Assembly: GCA_040377305.1 (NCBI GenBank)
Contig: JBEIPA010000016.1
Coordinates: 1-64,000, forward strand
Length of the DNA: 64,000 nucleotides
Direction: 5' to 3'
Source of the DNA: Flavobacteriales bacterium
Lineage (GTDB): Bacteria; Bacteroidota; Bacteroidia; Palsa-965
The notes below the pieces were generated by a model. The model searched no databases. It worked only from the letters and a program-made list of their open reading frames with translations, and was not told the origin of the DNA. The position numbers and the translations under genes were made by a program. Every line of letters starts with the position of its first letter. Positions within the stretch are counted from its first letter, which is position 1. Of the stretch, positions 11,377 to 21,736 are shown one piece after another.

Positions 11377-13644
11377 ATGCAAAGGCTCAAGGCTCTCCGC
11401 TTCATATTGATTTGCGTAATTACGTTGATTACGTTGCGTTCTAATGCACAGTTGAATATCAACAGTACTGTAACGGCGAACCAAATGGTTTCATCCCTGA
11501 TCGGGCAAGGAATCGCAGTTTCGAATGTTACTATGAACTGCGCGCCCTTGGCATTCGGAACTTTCAGTAACGGAGCAACTACCAACCTTGGCATTAATAA
11601 CGGAATTGTTCTCACAACAGGATCTGCTGATACCGTTGGAAGCGCAAACGCAACTTCCGGTTTCGACGTAAGTATTTGTGTTGGGACTATTCTGAATGAT
11701 CCTGATCTCACGGCAATCGACCCAACTGCGAACAACGACGTTTGTATTCTCGAATTCGATTTGATACCTAAATGCGATTCACTCACGATTCGATTTGTTT
11801 TCGGTTCTGAAGAATATCCAAACTTCGTAGGTTCTATCAACGACTTGTTCGGATTTTTTGTCACCGGCCCGAATCCGTTTGGACCTGCATACGCCAGTCA
11901 GAACGTCGCCGTGATTCCTGGAAACATTCCTGTTACAATCAACAACATCAATAACGGAAACGCGAATGCCGGACCGTGTATGAATTGCGCATACTACATC
12001 GACAATAGTACTGGAACTACAGTTCAATACGATGGAATGACCGTAGTAATCACCGCAGGTATTTCCATGGTGGCTTGTCAGACGTATCACTTTAAGATTG
12101 CCATTGCAGATGCGAGTGATTGTGCACTCGACTCAGGTGTATTTATCGACTTCCTGACTTGCGCTACTGGTTTCACACAAACGAATTCATCGACACCTGA
12201 TGTGTGCGGATCATGCACAGGAACAGCAACTGTAAACGTGAGCGGAGGAAATCCACCCTTCACTTACCAATGGTTGCCAGTAGGCGGAAACGCAGCGACA
12301 GCAACAGGACTTTGTGCAGGAACGTATAGTTGTTTGGTCACGGATCAAAACTCATGCGGTATTCCGGACACCATAGTCGTCACCGTCGGTGCGAACGGAA
12401 GTGTAACAACACAGAACACTACAGTTGATGCAACTTGTTTCGGTGCTTGCGATGGTTCATTAACAGTAACACCACAAAGCGGAAACGCTCCTTTCACGTA
12501 TGTGTGGACGCCTAACGTAAGCGCTACAGGTTCGGCAACAGGTTTATGTGCTGGACAGTACACCGTGTCAGTTACAGACGCAACGGGATGCAGCTCAACG
12601 CAAACGTTGACAGTGACTCAACCTGGTGCGCTGGCAATGACACTCACGGGTAACAATACAATTTGTGGCGGTGGTTCAACAACCATCACTGCGAGTCCTT
12701 CTGGTGGAACGGGTCCTTACGTAGTAACATGGAGCAATAGCTTGCCGAATGGAACAACGCAAACGGTTTCTCCGATAGCAAGTACAAACTACACCGCAAC
12801 TTTGACTGATGCAAATGGATGTACATCGGTACAGACATTCTCTGTTACAGTCGCGCCACAACCAACAGCTGCATTCACAGCAGGTGCGGGAGATTGTGCT
12901 CCGGCCGTAGTTGGCTTCACTGACAACTCCGTTGGGGCATCACAATACCTCTGGGATTTTGGTGATCCTGCTTCCGGAGCGTTCAATACTTCGACAGCCG
13001 CAAGTCCGGTGCACATTTACAACACACCAGGCACGTACAACATTACGCTCATCGTTCAGAATGCAGGTGGATGTTCGGATACGATTACCATTGTTGGTGC
13101 GGTTACCGTTTCTGCACAACCAGTGGCGGGACTTGCAGCAGTTCCTGAAACAGTGAGTGAATTATTTCCTCAGGTCATTTTCCAGGATCTCGCAACAGGC
13201 GGAACGAATTGCGTGTTGTATTTCGGTGATGGTGATTCAACCACGAACTGCAACTTCGGAACTGTGACGCACATGTATCCAAATGCAGGTACATATACAG
13301 CAATGTATGTTGTAACGAATGCCGATGGATGTAACGACACGGTATACATTACAATTCTTGTCGAAGAACAATCGACTGTTTATGTACCGAATGCGTTTAC
13401 TCCCGACAACATGGGTAGCAACAACACATTCTTAGCTTATGGAACGAACGTTCAGGATTTTGAGATGTACGTGTTCGATCGCTGGGGAATGCTCATTTAC
13501 CAGTCACGCGACATTAACGCAGGTTGGGATGGAACATTTAAGAGCGATCCTTGTCAGCAGGATGTGTATGTCTGGAGGATTGTGTGGACAGATTCGCAGA
13601 ATAAGAAGCACAAGATGATGGGGCATGTGTCTTTGATTCGCTAA
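11377..13644 (+). CDS. Choice-of-anchor L domain protein with SprB repeats, PKD domains and T9SS type B CTD
   Basis: FVFGSEEY, QYDG, KIAIADASDCALDSGVF; GGxxPYTYxW repeats; WDFGD; VPNAFTP...FDRWG...DVYVW. Confidence 0.85.
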   Translation: MQRLKALRFILICVITLITLRSNAQLNINSTVTANQMVSSLIGQGIAVSNVTMNCAPLAFGTFSNGATTNLGINNGIVLTTGSADTVGSANATSGFDVSICVGTILNDPDLTAIDPTANNDVCILEFDLIPKCDSLTIRFVFGSEEYPNFVGSINDLFGFFVTGPNPFGPAYASQNVAVIPGNIPVTINNINNGNANAGPCMNCAYYIDNSTGTTVQYDGMTVVITAGISMVACQTYHFKIAIADASDCALDSGVFIDFLTCATGFTQTNSSTPDVCGSCTGTATVNVSGGNPPFTYQWLPVGGNAATATGLCAGTYSCLVTDQNSCGIPDTIVVTVGANGSVTTQNTTVDATCFGACDGSLTVTPQSGNAPFTYVWTPNVSATGSATGLCAGQYTVSVTDATGCSSTQTLTVTQPGALAMTLTGNNTICGGGSTTITASPSGGTGPYVVTWSNSLPNGTTQTVSPIASTNYTATLTDANGCTSVQTFSVTVAPQPTAAFTAGAGDCAPAVVGFTDNSVGASQYLWDFGDPASGAFNTSTAASPVHIYNTPGTYNITLIVQNAGGCSDTITIVGAVTVSAQPVAGLAAVPETVSELFPQVIFQDLATGGTNCVLYFGDGDSTTNCNFGTVTHMYPNAGTYTAMYVVTNADGCNDTVYITILVEEQSTVYVPNAFTPDNMGSNNTFLAYGTNVQDFEMYVFDRWGMLIYQSRDINAGWDGTFKSDPCQQDVYVWRIVWTDSQNKKHKMMGHVSLIR

Positions 13645-13769
13645 AAGCGAATCGATGTGCCAATATGCCGATTTCCGATATGCCGATTGTGTTTCCTGCT
13701 AGCTGACTATCATAAACGCATCTCGTTTTTTTACCGCAGAGGCGCAGGGACGCAGCGTATACGCAGAGT

Positions 13770-14390
13770 TTAAAGCGACAACGCAACGACTTCCTGCACG
13801 CCCGGAACCATACGCTTCAGCAAGGCTTCAATTCCACCTTTGAGTGTAGAAGCAGCAGAAGGACAACCATTGCATGAACCACGCATCTGCACAGTAACAA
13901 TTCCGTCTTTAAACGAATTGAAAGTGATTGCGCCTCCATCCTGCTCTACTGCGGGACGAATATATTGTTCGAGAATTTCTACAATCTTGTGTTCCGTTTC
14001 CGATTGAGGAGCGGCGTGTTCAGTATAAACAGTTGTAGTTGATTTGAATGATGAGTCCGTGTGAACTTCCTGCTTTGGAAGTTCTGTAACTACACCCAAA
14101 CCTTGGGCAAGATGTTCGCGGATGAATTCGCGCAACTCGAGTGTGATATCGTCCCACGTGAGTGTGTCTGATTTCGTGACTGTCACATAATTTGCTGAAA
14201 CAAACACGCCCTTAACGAACGGGAACTTAAACAACTTCGCTGCGAGTGGTGAACCTGCAGTTTGTTCGGGGGAAAGATATTGAGCAGTTGCGCCGTCGTC
14301 GATGAGCATACGATTCGCGACGAATTTCATGGTCGCTGGATTTGGCGTGCTTTCGGCGTAGAGAACAACGGGAATTACTGGTGATTGCAT
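13770..14390 (-). CDS. NifU/NfuA-family Fe-S cluster carrier
   Basis: ESTPNPATMKF N-domain; IRPAVEQDGG and GSCNGCPS; start placed at ATG 14390 directly after a TATCTTTG promoter box. Confidence 0.9.
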   Translation of the reverse strand: MQSPVIPVVLYAESTPNPATMKFVANRMLIDDGATAQYLSPEQTAGSPLAAKLFKFPFVKGVFVSANYVTVTKSDTLTWDDITLELREFIREHLAQGLGVVTELPKQEVHTDSSFKSTTTVYTEHAAPQSETEHKIVEILEQYIRPAVEQDGGAITFNSFKDGIVTVQMRGSCNGCPSAASTLKGGIEALLKRMVPGVQEVVALSL

Positions 14391-14413
14391 ACTGCAAAGA
14401 TACGAATTGTAGT

Positions 14414-14610
14414 TGCCTGCGTCGCTTACCACGGTGAACTGCGTAAAATTAACCACATAGGCTCATAGACCGTTATTTTCTTGTTGGACGAAAGAATTAC
14501 ATAGCTCACAGGAGGATATCGCTAAGCGATATTTCTCGTGTGAACTATGATCGCGTAGCGCCTTAGCAGGCATCGCAAACTATGATTCTATGTGGTCAGC
14601 GCCGCAGGCA
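14414..14610. repeat. Nested inverted-repeat element, family B/C composite
   Basis: Ends TGCCTGCGTCGCTTACCAC / GTGGTCAGCGCCGCAGGCA; inner IRs ACCACATAG..CTATGTGGT, CATAGCTCACA..TGTGAACTATG, ATATCGCT-A-AGCGATAT. Confidence 0.75.
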
Positions 14611-14635
14611 TTCCCAGTCTTCGTAAATTAGCGAC

Positions 14636-16213
14636 GTGAAGCCCCAAATCAAAACTGACTTTCTAATCATAGGTTCCGGAATTGCCGGATTGACGTATGC
14701 TTTGAAAGTTGCGAAGCATGGTTCTGTGATCCTGATCACAAAATCAAACGCAGAAGAATCGAACACGAAATATGCGCAGGGCGGAATTGCTGCCGTGATG
14801 TATTCGCCCGATTCATACGAGAAGCATGTTCAGGATACATTGATTTGCGGGGACGGATTGTGCGACGAAGAAGTAGTGCGTATGGTCATCACTGAATCAA
14901 CCGCGCGTGTTAATGAACTTGCAGAATGGGGCGCAAACTTCGACAAGACTCCAGACGGAGAATACGAGCTTGCAAAAGAAGGTGGGCATTCTGAACGCCG
15001 CATTCTTCATCACAAAGACATTACGGGTTACGAAATCGAACGTGCATTGCTTGCGCAAGTACACTCGCATCCGAACATTAAGATTTACGATCATCACTTT
15101 GCGGTTGATATTATTACGCAACACCATCTTGGCGAAGAAGTGAACAGCAGAACACCAGGAATAAAATGTTTCGGTGCATATGTCCTGAATACAAAGACTG
15201 CTGAAGTTGACACCGTGTTGGCGAAAATTACATTGATGGCAACAGGCGGCGCAGGACATGTGTATGCGACTACAACGAATCCAACCATTGCAACCGGTGA
15301 TGGAATTGCCATGGTGTATCGTGCGAAAGGACGCGTTGAGAATATGGAGTTCATGCAGTTTCATCCGACTTCGCTATACAATCCGGGTGAGCATCCTTCT
15401 TTTTTGATTACAGAAGCGATGCGTGGTCATGGAGGAATTCTCCGCACACAAGACGGAAAAGAATTCATGCACAAATACGATACACGTAAATCATTAGCGC
15501 CTCGTGATATTGTTGCACGTGCTATTGATAACGAGATGAAAATTCGCGGAGAAGATTTCGTGTATCTCGATTGCACCCATCTTGATGCGAAAGATTTGCG
15601 TGAACATTTCCCGAACATTTTCGACAAGTGCCTAACAATTGATATCGATATCACGAAGCAAATGATTCCCGTTGTTCCTGCGGCTCACTATTTATGCGGA
15701 GGAATCAAAGTCGACAAAGAAGGACGCAGTAGCATTTCGAATCTGTATGCCATCGGAGAATGTTCTTCTACCGGATTGCATGGTGCAAATCGTTTAGCGT
15801 CGAATTCATTATTGGAAGCTGTGGTGTATGCGCATACTTCGAGTTTGTCTTCTATCTCTGCTCTTTCGAAATCTACATTTCAGGATGGAGTTCCCAACTG
15901 GAATGCTGAAGGGACAGATGCTCCCGAGGAGATGATTCTTATTGTGCAAAGCTTGCGTGAGGTTCAGCAGATCATGACAAATTACGTGGGCATTGTCCGT
16001 TCCGATTTACGTTTGAAACGTGCAATGGATCGATTGGAAATATTGTGGATAGAGAATGAGGCGTTGTATCGGAAGATCACAATTTCTCAGACCGTGTGTG
16101 AATTGAGAAATCTCATTAACGTGGCGTATATCATTATTAAATACGCGATGGAGCGGAAAGAAAGTGTGGGATTGCATTATACGGTTGATTATCCGGCTGT
16201 CAAAGGATCGTAA
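14636..16213 (+). CDS. nadB: L-aspartate oxidase
   Basis: GSGIAG, YAQGGIA, EGGHS, QFHPT, GLHGANRLASNSLLE. Confidence 0.95.
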   Translation: MKPQIKTDFLIIGSGIAGLTYALKVAKHGSVILITKSNAEESNTKYAQGGIAAVMYSPDSYEKHVQDTLICGDGLCDEEVVRMVITESTARVNELAEWGANFDKTPDGEYELAKEGGHSERRILHHKDITGYEIERALLAQVHSHPNIKIYDHHFAVDIITQHHLGEEVNSRTPGIKCFGAYVLNTKTAEVDTVLAKITLMATGGAGHVYATTTNPTIATGDGIAMVYRAKGRVENMEFMQFHPTSLYNPGEHPSFLITEAMRGHGGILRTQDGKEFMHKYDTRKSLAPRDIVARAIDNEMKIRGEDFVYLDCTHLDAKDLREHFPNIFDKCLTIDIDITKQMIPVVPAAHYLCGGIKVDKEGRSSISNLYAIGECSSTGLHGANRLASNSLLEAVVYAHTSSLSSISALSKSTFQDGVPNWNAEGTDAPEEMILIVQSLREVQQIMTNYVGIVRSDLRLKRAMDRLEILWIENEALYRKITISQTVCELRNLINVAYIIIKYAMERKESVGLHYTVDYPAVKGS

Positions 16214-16328
16214 TATCTGCCGTCCTCATTACCGGAACGCTCCCCATGATATCAATCATGGGAATCCTCAACAAAACTCATTTTCTGTTTCGCAAGTCCA
16301 GGCGAAATTTGCGCTACATATCTGAACT

Positions 16329-17231
16329 ATGAAGCCACTTTTTTTCCTGTCTGCCATATTCACTTTTTCTAAAATGCTTAATGCACAACTGCCTGCGAAA
16401 AAAAGTGACGCCTGTGCACCACTTAGTTCGGAATCATTTGTAGTTCTCGATGTACTTTCCCAACAACGCCTACAGACTAAATTCAGCGCGTGCGAAATAA
16501 ATATTCATGATAGCACGTACATGCAACAGCCCGGTGTTCATGCGTCCTCCGTAGAAGAAGATATCCGGATTTCATACGATCAAGATGGTCGACCGCTTCG
16601 TGCAGAGTACACATTTGACGCCAACACCATTACCTCGACGTACAAAAGCCTTGTGATCTATGCTCACAATGGTTATTCAACGCTTACAACATACACGCCA
16701 CCTTCGATAGTCCCGATTACACAGTTGTATCTGTTTCAGCGGAGCAGTGATGGTTTGTACACGTCAGAAGCGTCGTGGTGGGGAGTTTCAAAAGCGGATA
16801 CCAATCAACAGGCATTCTACCGTATAACGAAATACCGTGACGTGAAAGGTGCAGATTCTCTCATTCTATCAGAAGTCGCGGGTACATTAACAGTTGGACG
16901 AATTGCAAGCATCAATAAACAGGATAACAAAACAACATATACATATCATTGGTTTAGCCCGTCAGAAGTCGCGCCAAAAGACACGACATGGACGATGTAT
17001 GAATTCCTAAGCAATCACGGTGTCCTTTCAAAGACTTTCGATGCCAGTACTACTAAGTCGGTGTCCAACACCGATGGATTGCTGACCATCTATGAACACA
17101 CCTGGTCCGGGATTGCAGACGAACAAAAATTTATCCATGCACAGATCACCCGATCTGCAAGTGGGCACCCTTCAGAAATGCGCTATGCTACTGAAACCGG
17201 TGTTAGAGTTTATAGATTTTTATGGAAATAA
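16329..17231 (+). CDS. Hypothetical secreted protein
   Basis: 300-aa ORF with a signal-like N-terminus and Tyr/Thr-rich beta strands. Confidence 0.6.
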   Translation: MKPLFFLSAIFTFSKMLNAQLPAKKSDACAPLSSESFVVLDVLSQQRLQTKFSACEINIHDSTYMQQPGVHASSVEEDIRISYDQDGRPLRAEYTFDANTITSTYKSLVIYAHNGYSTLTTYTPPSIVPITQLYLFQRSSDGLYTSEASWWGVSKADTNQQAFYRITKYRDVKGADSLILSEVAGTLTVGRIASINKQDNKTTYTYHWFSPSEVAPKDTTWTMYEFLSNHGVLSKTFDASTTKSVSNTDGLLTIYEHTWSGIADEQKFIHAQITRSASGHPSEMRYATETGVRVYRFLWK

Positions 17232-17290
17232 CTGAGGCGCAATCAAGCCGTTAACGTGTTTTGCGCCTCCTGATTTCGTAAATTAGCCAC

Positions 17291-17695
17291 ATGAACGGCT
17301 GGCTAAAATCCACACTTTCCTTTCTCCTTGGCGCGATAATTCTCGTGACCGGTAGCGGTGTGTCTTTGGCTAAAATGGTTTGTGCGAAATCGGGCTCAAC
17401 TTCAATCACATTGAACGTGCCTGACGATTGCTGCACGCATGAGCATGAGCATGCACCAGTAACTATCGAAGAAAAGTGTTGTGATATCAGCAACATGCAT
17501 CTGGATATCATGCAGTACATTGTTTCTGCAACACAGAATATTCAGAAGTCGGTTGTGTCTGTAGACGTTCCTGCGATCACATTCAGCTTCGATTCGTATT
17601 CTGAAATTGTTTCTGCGGTTGTGCGCGAACACTGTGACACCGAGCTGAAAGACTCTCCTCCTATCCGGATTCTGACCGGAACATTTATCATTTAA
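17291..17695 (+). CDS. HYC_CC_PP-like Cys/His-rich exported small protein
   Basis: Hydrophobic N-terminus, MVC, CC-THEHEH, second CC, SPP near the C-terminus; lies upstream of a TonB receptor. Confidence 0.75.
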   Translation: MNGWLKSTLSFLLGAIILVTGSGVSLAKMVCAKSGSTSITLNVPDDCCTHEHEHAPVTIEEKCCDISNMHLDIMQYIVSATQNIQKSVVSVDVPAITFSFDSYSEIVSAVVREHCDTELKDSPPIRILTGTFII

Positions 17696-17766
17696 GATTT
17701 ATTATTTCTGATTTCTTTTCGCGGAATAGTTCCGCGGAAACAAGTATTATCTGAATAATAAATCAA

Positions 17767-19995
17767 ATGAGAAAAGTAATAACCTTAATCACCTTGCTGT
17801 TATCCGGTCAGTTGATCGCACAGCACGAACACTTGCACGGTCATGTGAAAGGAACTGGCAGTGACAAAAACGGTGTTCCGGGAGCCGTTGTTCTTTGGGA
17901 GAACTTCCGCTTAGGAGCACAAACAACAGTTGATGGAAACTTCGAACTTCAATGGCCGGATTCTTTCCCGGCTGTGCTTGAAATTCGTGCGACGGGATAC
18001 AAAGCGAAGAAAATTAAGTTCATCGATAAATCATTAACAGACATCAAAGTTCAACTTGAAAATTTAGCGGACACACTTGGTGTTGTTGAGATCGTTGAGG
18101 TGCAGAAAGCAACTGAGTTTCTTTTCTTCCCTACGATCAACGGGGAAAAGATTACCGCGCGAAATCAGTTGAAAGCAGCATGTTGCAATCTCTCTGAGAG
18201 TTTTGAAACCAACCCGAGTGTGGATGCAGCAATGACAGACGCGGTTTCCGGTGCGAAGAAAATTCAGTTGCTTGGGCTCGACGGAGTGTATTCACAGATC
18301 ATGTTTGAGAATCTACCTCTTATACGTGGATTGTCCTCTTCATACGGATTGACTTACGTACCGGGAACATGGGTGAAGAGTATTCTCATCACGAAAGGAA
18401 CCGGCTCTGTTGTGAACGGATACGAATCAATTTCCGGTCAGCTGAATGTTGATTTGCTCAAGCCCGATGACGATCAGGATCCGTTGTTCTTCAATTTGTA
18501 TGCGAATCAATTCGGTCGCTACGAAATGAATGTGCATCTCAACAAGAAGATCAACGAGAACGTTGGAACGACATTGCTTGGTCATGGCAGCACAATGAAG
18601 CAACGCAACGACAACAATCACGACGGATTCCTTGATCAACCCACATATGATCAACTCAACGTGATGAATCGTTGGTATTGGCAGAGCAACGACAAAGCTG
18701 AAGGACAATTTGGCTTCCGTGCTGTTTACGATGATCGTCGTGGCGGACAATTCATGTTTGACAAAACGCGCGATTACGGAAACACATCGTTTTATGGAAT
18801 CGGAATCCGGAACGTACAGGCGGAAGTGTTCAACAAAACCGGATTTGTATTTCAGAAGCCGGGTCGTAGCATTGGTACCATGTTCTCTGCGCGTTACCAC
18901 AAACAAGATATGTTCTTCGGATTACGCACGTACGAAGGCGAACAAAAGAGCGTGTATGTGAATTTGATCTGGCAGGATATTATCCATACAACCGATCACA
19001 TCATCAAGGCTGGAACGAGTCTGATTTATGACGATTATCTGCAGTCGTACAATGATTCGAATTACGACCGAACAGAAATTGTTCCCGGAGTTTTCGTCGA
19101 GTACAGCGGACATTTTGCAGAGAAGTTCTCCATGGTTGCAGGTGTGCGTGGCGACTATCACAATCTCGCAGGATTCCAGCTGACGCCGCGTTTGCATTTA
19201 AAGTACGACCCGAAAGAGAACACAGCGATCCGCATCTCCGGTGGAAAAGGTTTCCGATACGCGAACGTGTTTACGGAAAGCAGCATGTTGTTTGCGAATT
19301 CACGTGAGGTTGTTATCAGTCCCGATCTTGATGCAGAAATTGCCTGGAACTACGGCGGAAGTGTTCAACAGAAGTTCACGTTATTCAAACGCGAAGCAAT
19401 TTTTGTTGTGGATTTCTTCCGCACCGATTTCGTGAACCAGGTGTTGTATGATTTTGATACGTGGGGCAAATTGAAAATCTACAACCTGAGAGGACGTTCT
19501 TATGCGAACAGTTTTCAGACCGATATTTCTGTTGAGCCCATCGAGCGTTTCTTTGTTCGTGCGGCATACAAGTTTTACGATGTGAAAGCTTTGTATAATG
19601 GCCAGATGAAACAGAAACCATTGAGTGCACAACATCGTGCGTTTGTGAATCTCGCGTATGCACTTCCGTATGACAAATGGATGTTCGATTTCACGGCGAA
19701 GTGGATCGGCCCCACGCGCATGCCATCACACAAAGTGGACTCACATCACATTGGTGGGCCAGATGTTATTGTGGGTGACACATACACGAAAGGCTATTTC
19801 ATCTTCAATACGCATGTCGTGAAAAAATTCCGTCGTTGGGAAGTGTATGCAGGATGTGAGAATATCGGCAATTTCATGCAAAAGAACCCGATTCTCGGTG
19901 GTGAGAACCCCTTTGGCTCAGATTTTGATGCATCACTCGTATATGCACCGACTGACGGCAGAACAATTTATGCCGGAGTGAGAATAAAGATTTAA
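17767..19995 (+). CDS. TonB-dependent receptor, probably for a metal
   Basis: N-terminal carboxypeptidase-regulatory-like domain; plug with AACCNLSESFETNP; barrel ending GRTIYAGVRIKI. Confidence 0.9.
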   Translation: MRKVITLITLLLSGQLIAQHEHLHGHVKGTGSDKNGVPGAVVLWENFRLGAQTTVDGNFELQWPDSFPAVLEIRATGYKAKKIKFIDKSLTDIKVQLENLADTLGVVEIVEVQKATEFLFFPTINGEKITARNQLKAACCNLSESFETNPSVDAAMTDAVSGAKKIQLLGLDGVYSQIMFENLPLIRGLSSSYGLTYVPGTWVKSILITKGTGSVVNGYESISGQLNVDLLKPDDDQDPLFFNLYANQFGRYEMNVHLNKKINENVGTTLLGHGSTMKQRNDNNHDGFLDQPTYDQLNVMNRWYWQSNDKAEGQFGFRAVYDDRRGGQFMFDKTRDYGNTSFYGIGIRNVQAEVFNKTGFVFQKPGRSIGTMFSARYHKQDMFFGLRTYEGEQKSVYVNLIWQDIIHTTDHIIKAGTSLIYDDYLQSYNDSNYDRTEIVPGVFVEYSGHFAEKFSMVAGVRGDYHNLAGFQLTPRLHLKYDPKENTAIRISGGKGFRYANVFTESSMLFANSREVVISPDLDAEIAWNYGGSVQQKFTLFKREAIFVVDFFRTDFVNQVLYDFDTWGKLKIYNLRGRSYANSFQTDISVEPIERFFVRAAYKFYDVKALYNGQMKQKPLSAQHRAFVNLAYALPYDKWMFDFTAKWIGPTRMPSHKVDSHHIGGPDVIVGDTYTKGYFIFNTHVVKKFRRWEVYAGCENIGNFMQKNPILGGENPFGSDFDASLVYAPTDGRTIYAGVRIKI

Positions 19996-20020
19996 CTTCA
20001 AAATATAATCCAGACATAGA

Positions 20021-20392
20021 ATGAAAAATATAGCTTCCATAGTGGTTGTAATACTTGCGATTGTGTTCGCTCCCGTTAACGTTAGCGCTCAGAAATCAAA
20101 ACTCGATACAGTCAACATCAAGACTTCGGCCGAGTGCGACATGTGCAAAACCAAGCTTGAAAAAGAAATTGGCGTGATGAAAGGCGTGAAGTCTGTAAAT
20201 CTCGATTTGACTACACAAGTTGTTACGGTGGTTTACAACGGAAGCAAAACCGATGTAACAAAAATCAAACAGGCTATCGCGAACATTGGTTACGATGCTG
20301 ATGAAGTGAAGGCGAACAACCGGGCCCAGAAGAAGCTGCCTGCGTGTTGCAAGCCGGGCGGGATGCCAGGTGCGGATTCGGTACCTAAATAA
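20021..20392 (+). CDS. Periplasmic heavy-metal-associated (HMA) domain protein
   Basis: Signal peptide, CDMC motif, C-terminal LPACC. Confidence 0.88.
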   Translation: MKNIASIVVVILAIVFAPVNVSAQKSKLDTVNIKTSAECDMCKTKLEKEIGVMKGVKSVNLDLTTQVVTVVYNGSKTDVTKIKQAIANIGYDADEVKANNRAQKKLPACCKPGGMPGADSVPK

Positions 20393-20452
20393 CTGCTGAC
20401 TTCCCGTTATTCGAAATTCGAAAATTTGAAGATTACGTAGAGTGAAAATAAC

Positions 20453-20488
20453 AACCCCGGAAGCATAAAACTTTCGGGGTTTTTGTTT
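20453..20488 (+). terminator. Intrinsic terminator
   Basis: AACCCCGGAAG / CTTTCGGGGTT stem with a T tail. Confidence 0.75.
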
Positions 20489-20556
20489 GACGTGTAGCGA
20501 ATTTTAGAATCTTTGATTATTCGAATTTTCAAATTTCAAATCTTCAAATATTTGAT

Positions 20557-21069
20557 ATGCCTGTAATCTTAGAAGTTCAAGGAAAGAAGCCGCAATTCGG
20601 CAACGATTGTTTTATCGCGGAGAACGCAACCATTGTTGGTGATGTGAAATGTGGAGACCAGTGCAGCTTCTGGTTTAATGTGGTTGTTCGCGGTGATGTG
20701 AACAGCATTGAAATCGGAAACAAGGTGAATATTCAGGATCTGGCCATGATCCACTGCACGTATCAGAAGGCAGCGACAAAGATCGGCAACAACGTTTCTA
20801 TCGGTCACCGTGCGATCGTACACGGATGTACTTTGCACGATGATGTGCTCGTTGGAATGGGCGCAATTGTGATGGATCACGCAGAAGTCGGGAGCAACAC
20901 GATCATTGCTGCAGGCGCAGTTGTAACGGAAGGAATGAAAGTAGAACCGAACAGTATTTATGCGGGTGTTCCAGCGAAGAAAATAAAAGCTATTTCACCG
21001 GAACTTTCGAAGGGCGAGATTGAAAGGATTGCGAATAATTATGTGATGTATTCGTCTTGGTTTAAGTGA
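20557..21069 (+). CDS. Gamma carbonic anhydrase family protein
   Basis: Hexapeptide repeats, VRGDVN, NIQD, IGHRAIVHGC. Confidence 0.92.
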   Translation: MPVILEVQGKKPQFGNDCFIAENATIVGDVKCGDQCSFWFNVVVRGDVNSIEIGNKVNIQDLAMIHCTYQKAATKIGNNVSIGHRAIVHGCTLHDDVLVGMGAIVMDHAEVGSNTIIAAGAVVTEGMKVEPNSIYAGVPAKKIKAISPELSKGEIERIANNYVMYSSWFK

Positions 21070-21072
21070 AAT

Positions 21073-21264
21073 GGAACGCGGATTTTTATGTCCGTTATGT
21101 GTTAGTTCCTCGCTCGGATCACTCTGCCGAATTTCAACATTCAGAATTGGATTTTATGAGCTACGTTTAAGTTTCTCTCATAAGATCCAATACTAGGTCA
21201 CTCTAATCACCGTACACATCCGAGTAAGCCGATAGCAAACAAAGAGCGTCAAAATCCGCGTTCC
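21073..21264. repeat. Nested inverted-repeat element, family A, copy 1
   Basis: Terminal GGAACGCGGATTTT / AAAATCCGCGTTCC; central TTGGATTTTATGAG / CTCATAAGATCCAA. Confidence 0.85.
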
Positions 21265-21271
21265 AAATTCC

Positions 21272-21736
21272 CTAGTAGATATCATACCAAAATATCTTCG
21301 GCGAATTCCCCTTCGTCTGAAAACGCTTCGCACCTTCCAACACCACATCTCCCATTACAACGGTGAAAGGTTCTTTTCCGGGAACAGCCACTTTGATTTT
21401 CTGAGGCTCGTGATAACCGATTTTGTGCGAGGTGTTTTTGTCGAACATCAGCATGGAACCTGCAGGAAGTGTAATGCGTAAAGTCGCACCGGTATATCTG
21501 CGCGCGACAATTGAATCCGTCATGAACTTCGTTGTATTCCTGTTAATCGCATGCGATGTTGGTGAATACGGAACGTAAATGCTGTCCGGAATTTTTGCAA
21601 CCGCTGCTGCATCAAAGTCGAAATAGATTTCTACTGCTTGCTCCGTCAGGTTACGCATGTACGCGTACTGGGCGATCGTGCATCCACTCAAAACGAAACA
21701 AATACAAACACATAATGGAGCCAGTAACTTTCTCAT
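21272..21736 (-). CDS. Hypothetical lipoprotein
   Basis: Lipobox-like VLSGC; 4-nt overlap with the murI stop. Confidence 0.7.
   Translation of the reverse strand: MRKLLAPLCVCICFVLSGCTIAQYAYMRNLTEQAVEIYFDFDAAAVAKIPDSIYVPYSPTSHAINRNTTKFMTDSIVARRYTGATLRITLPAGSMLMFDKNTSHKIGYHEPQKIKVAVPGKEPFTVVMGDVVLEGAKRFQTKGNSPKIFWYDIY

Noticed and set aside
13733-13770. ACCGCAGAGGCGCAGGGACGCAGCG-type half repeat next to the nfuA stop
   Set aside because: It is a single short degenerate arm with no partner, too weak to call as an element
21071-21196. Family A repeats as peptide-coding (MERGFLCPLC...), suggested by spacings in multiples of 3
   Set aside because: The same frame has an early TGA in copy 2, two arms have 1-nt indels, and no start codon is conserved
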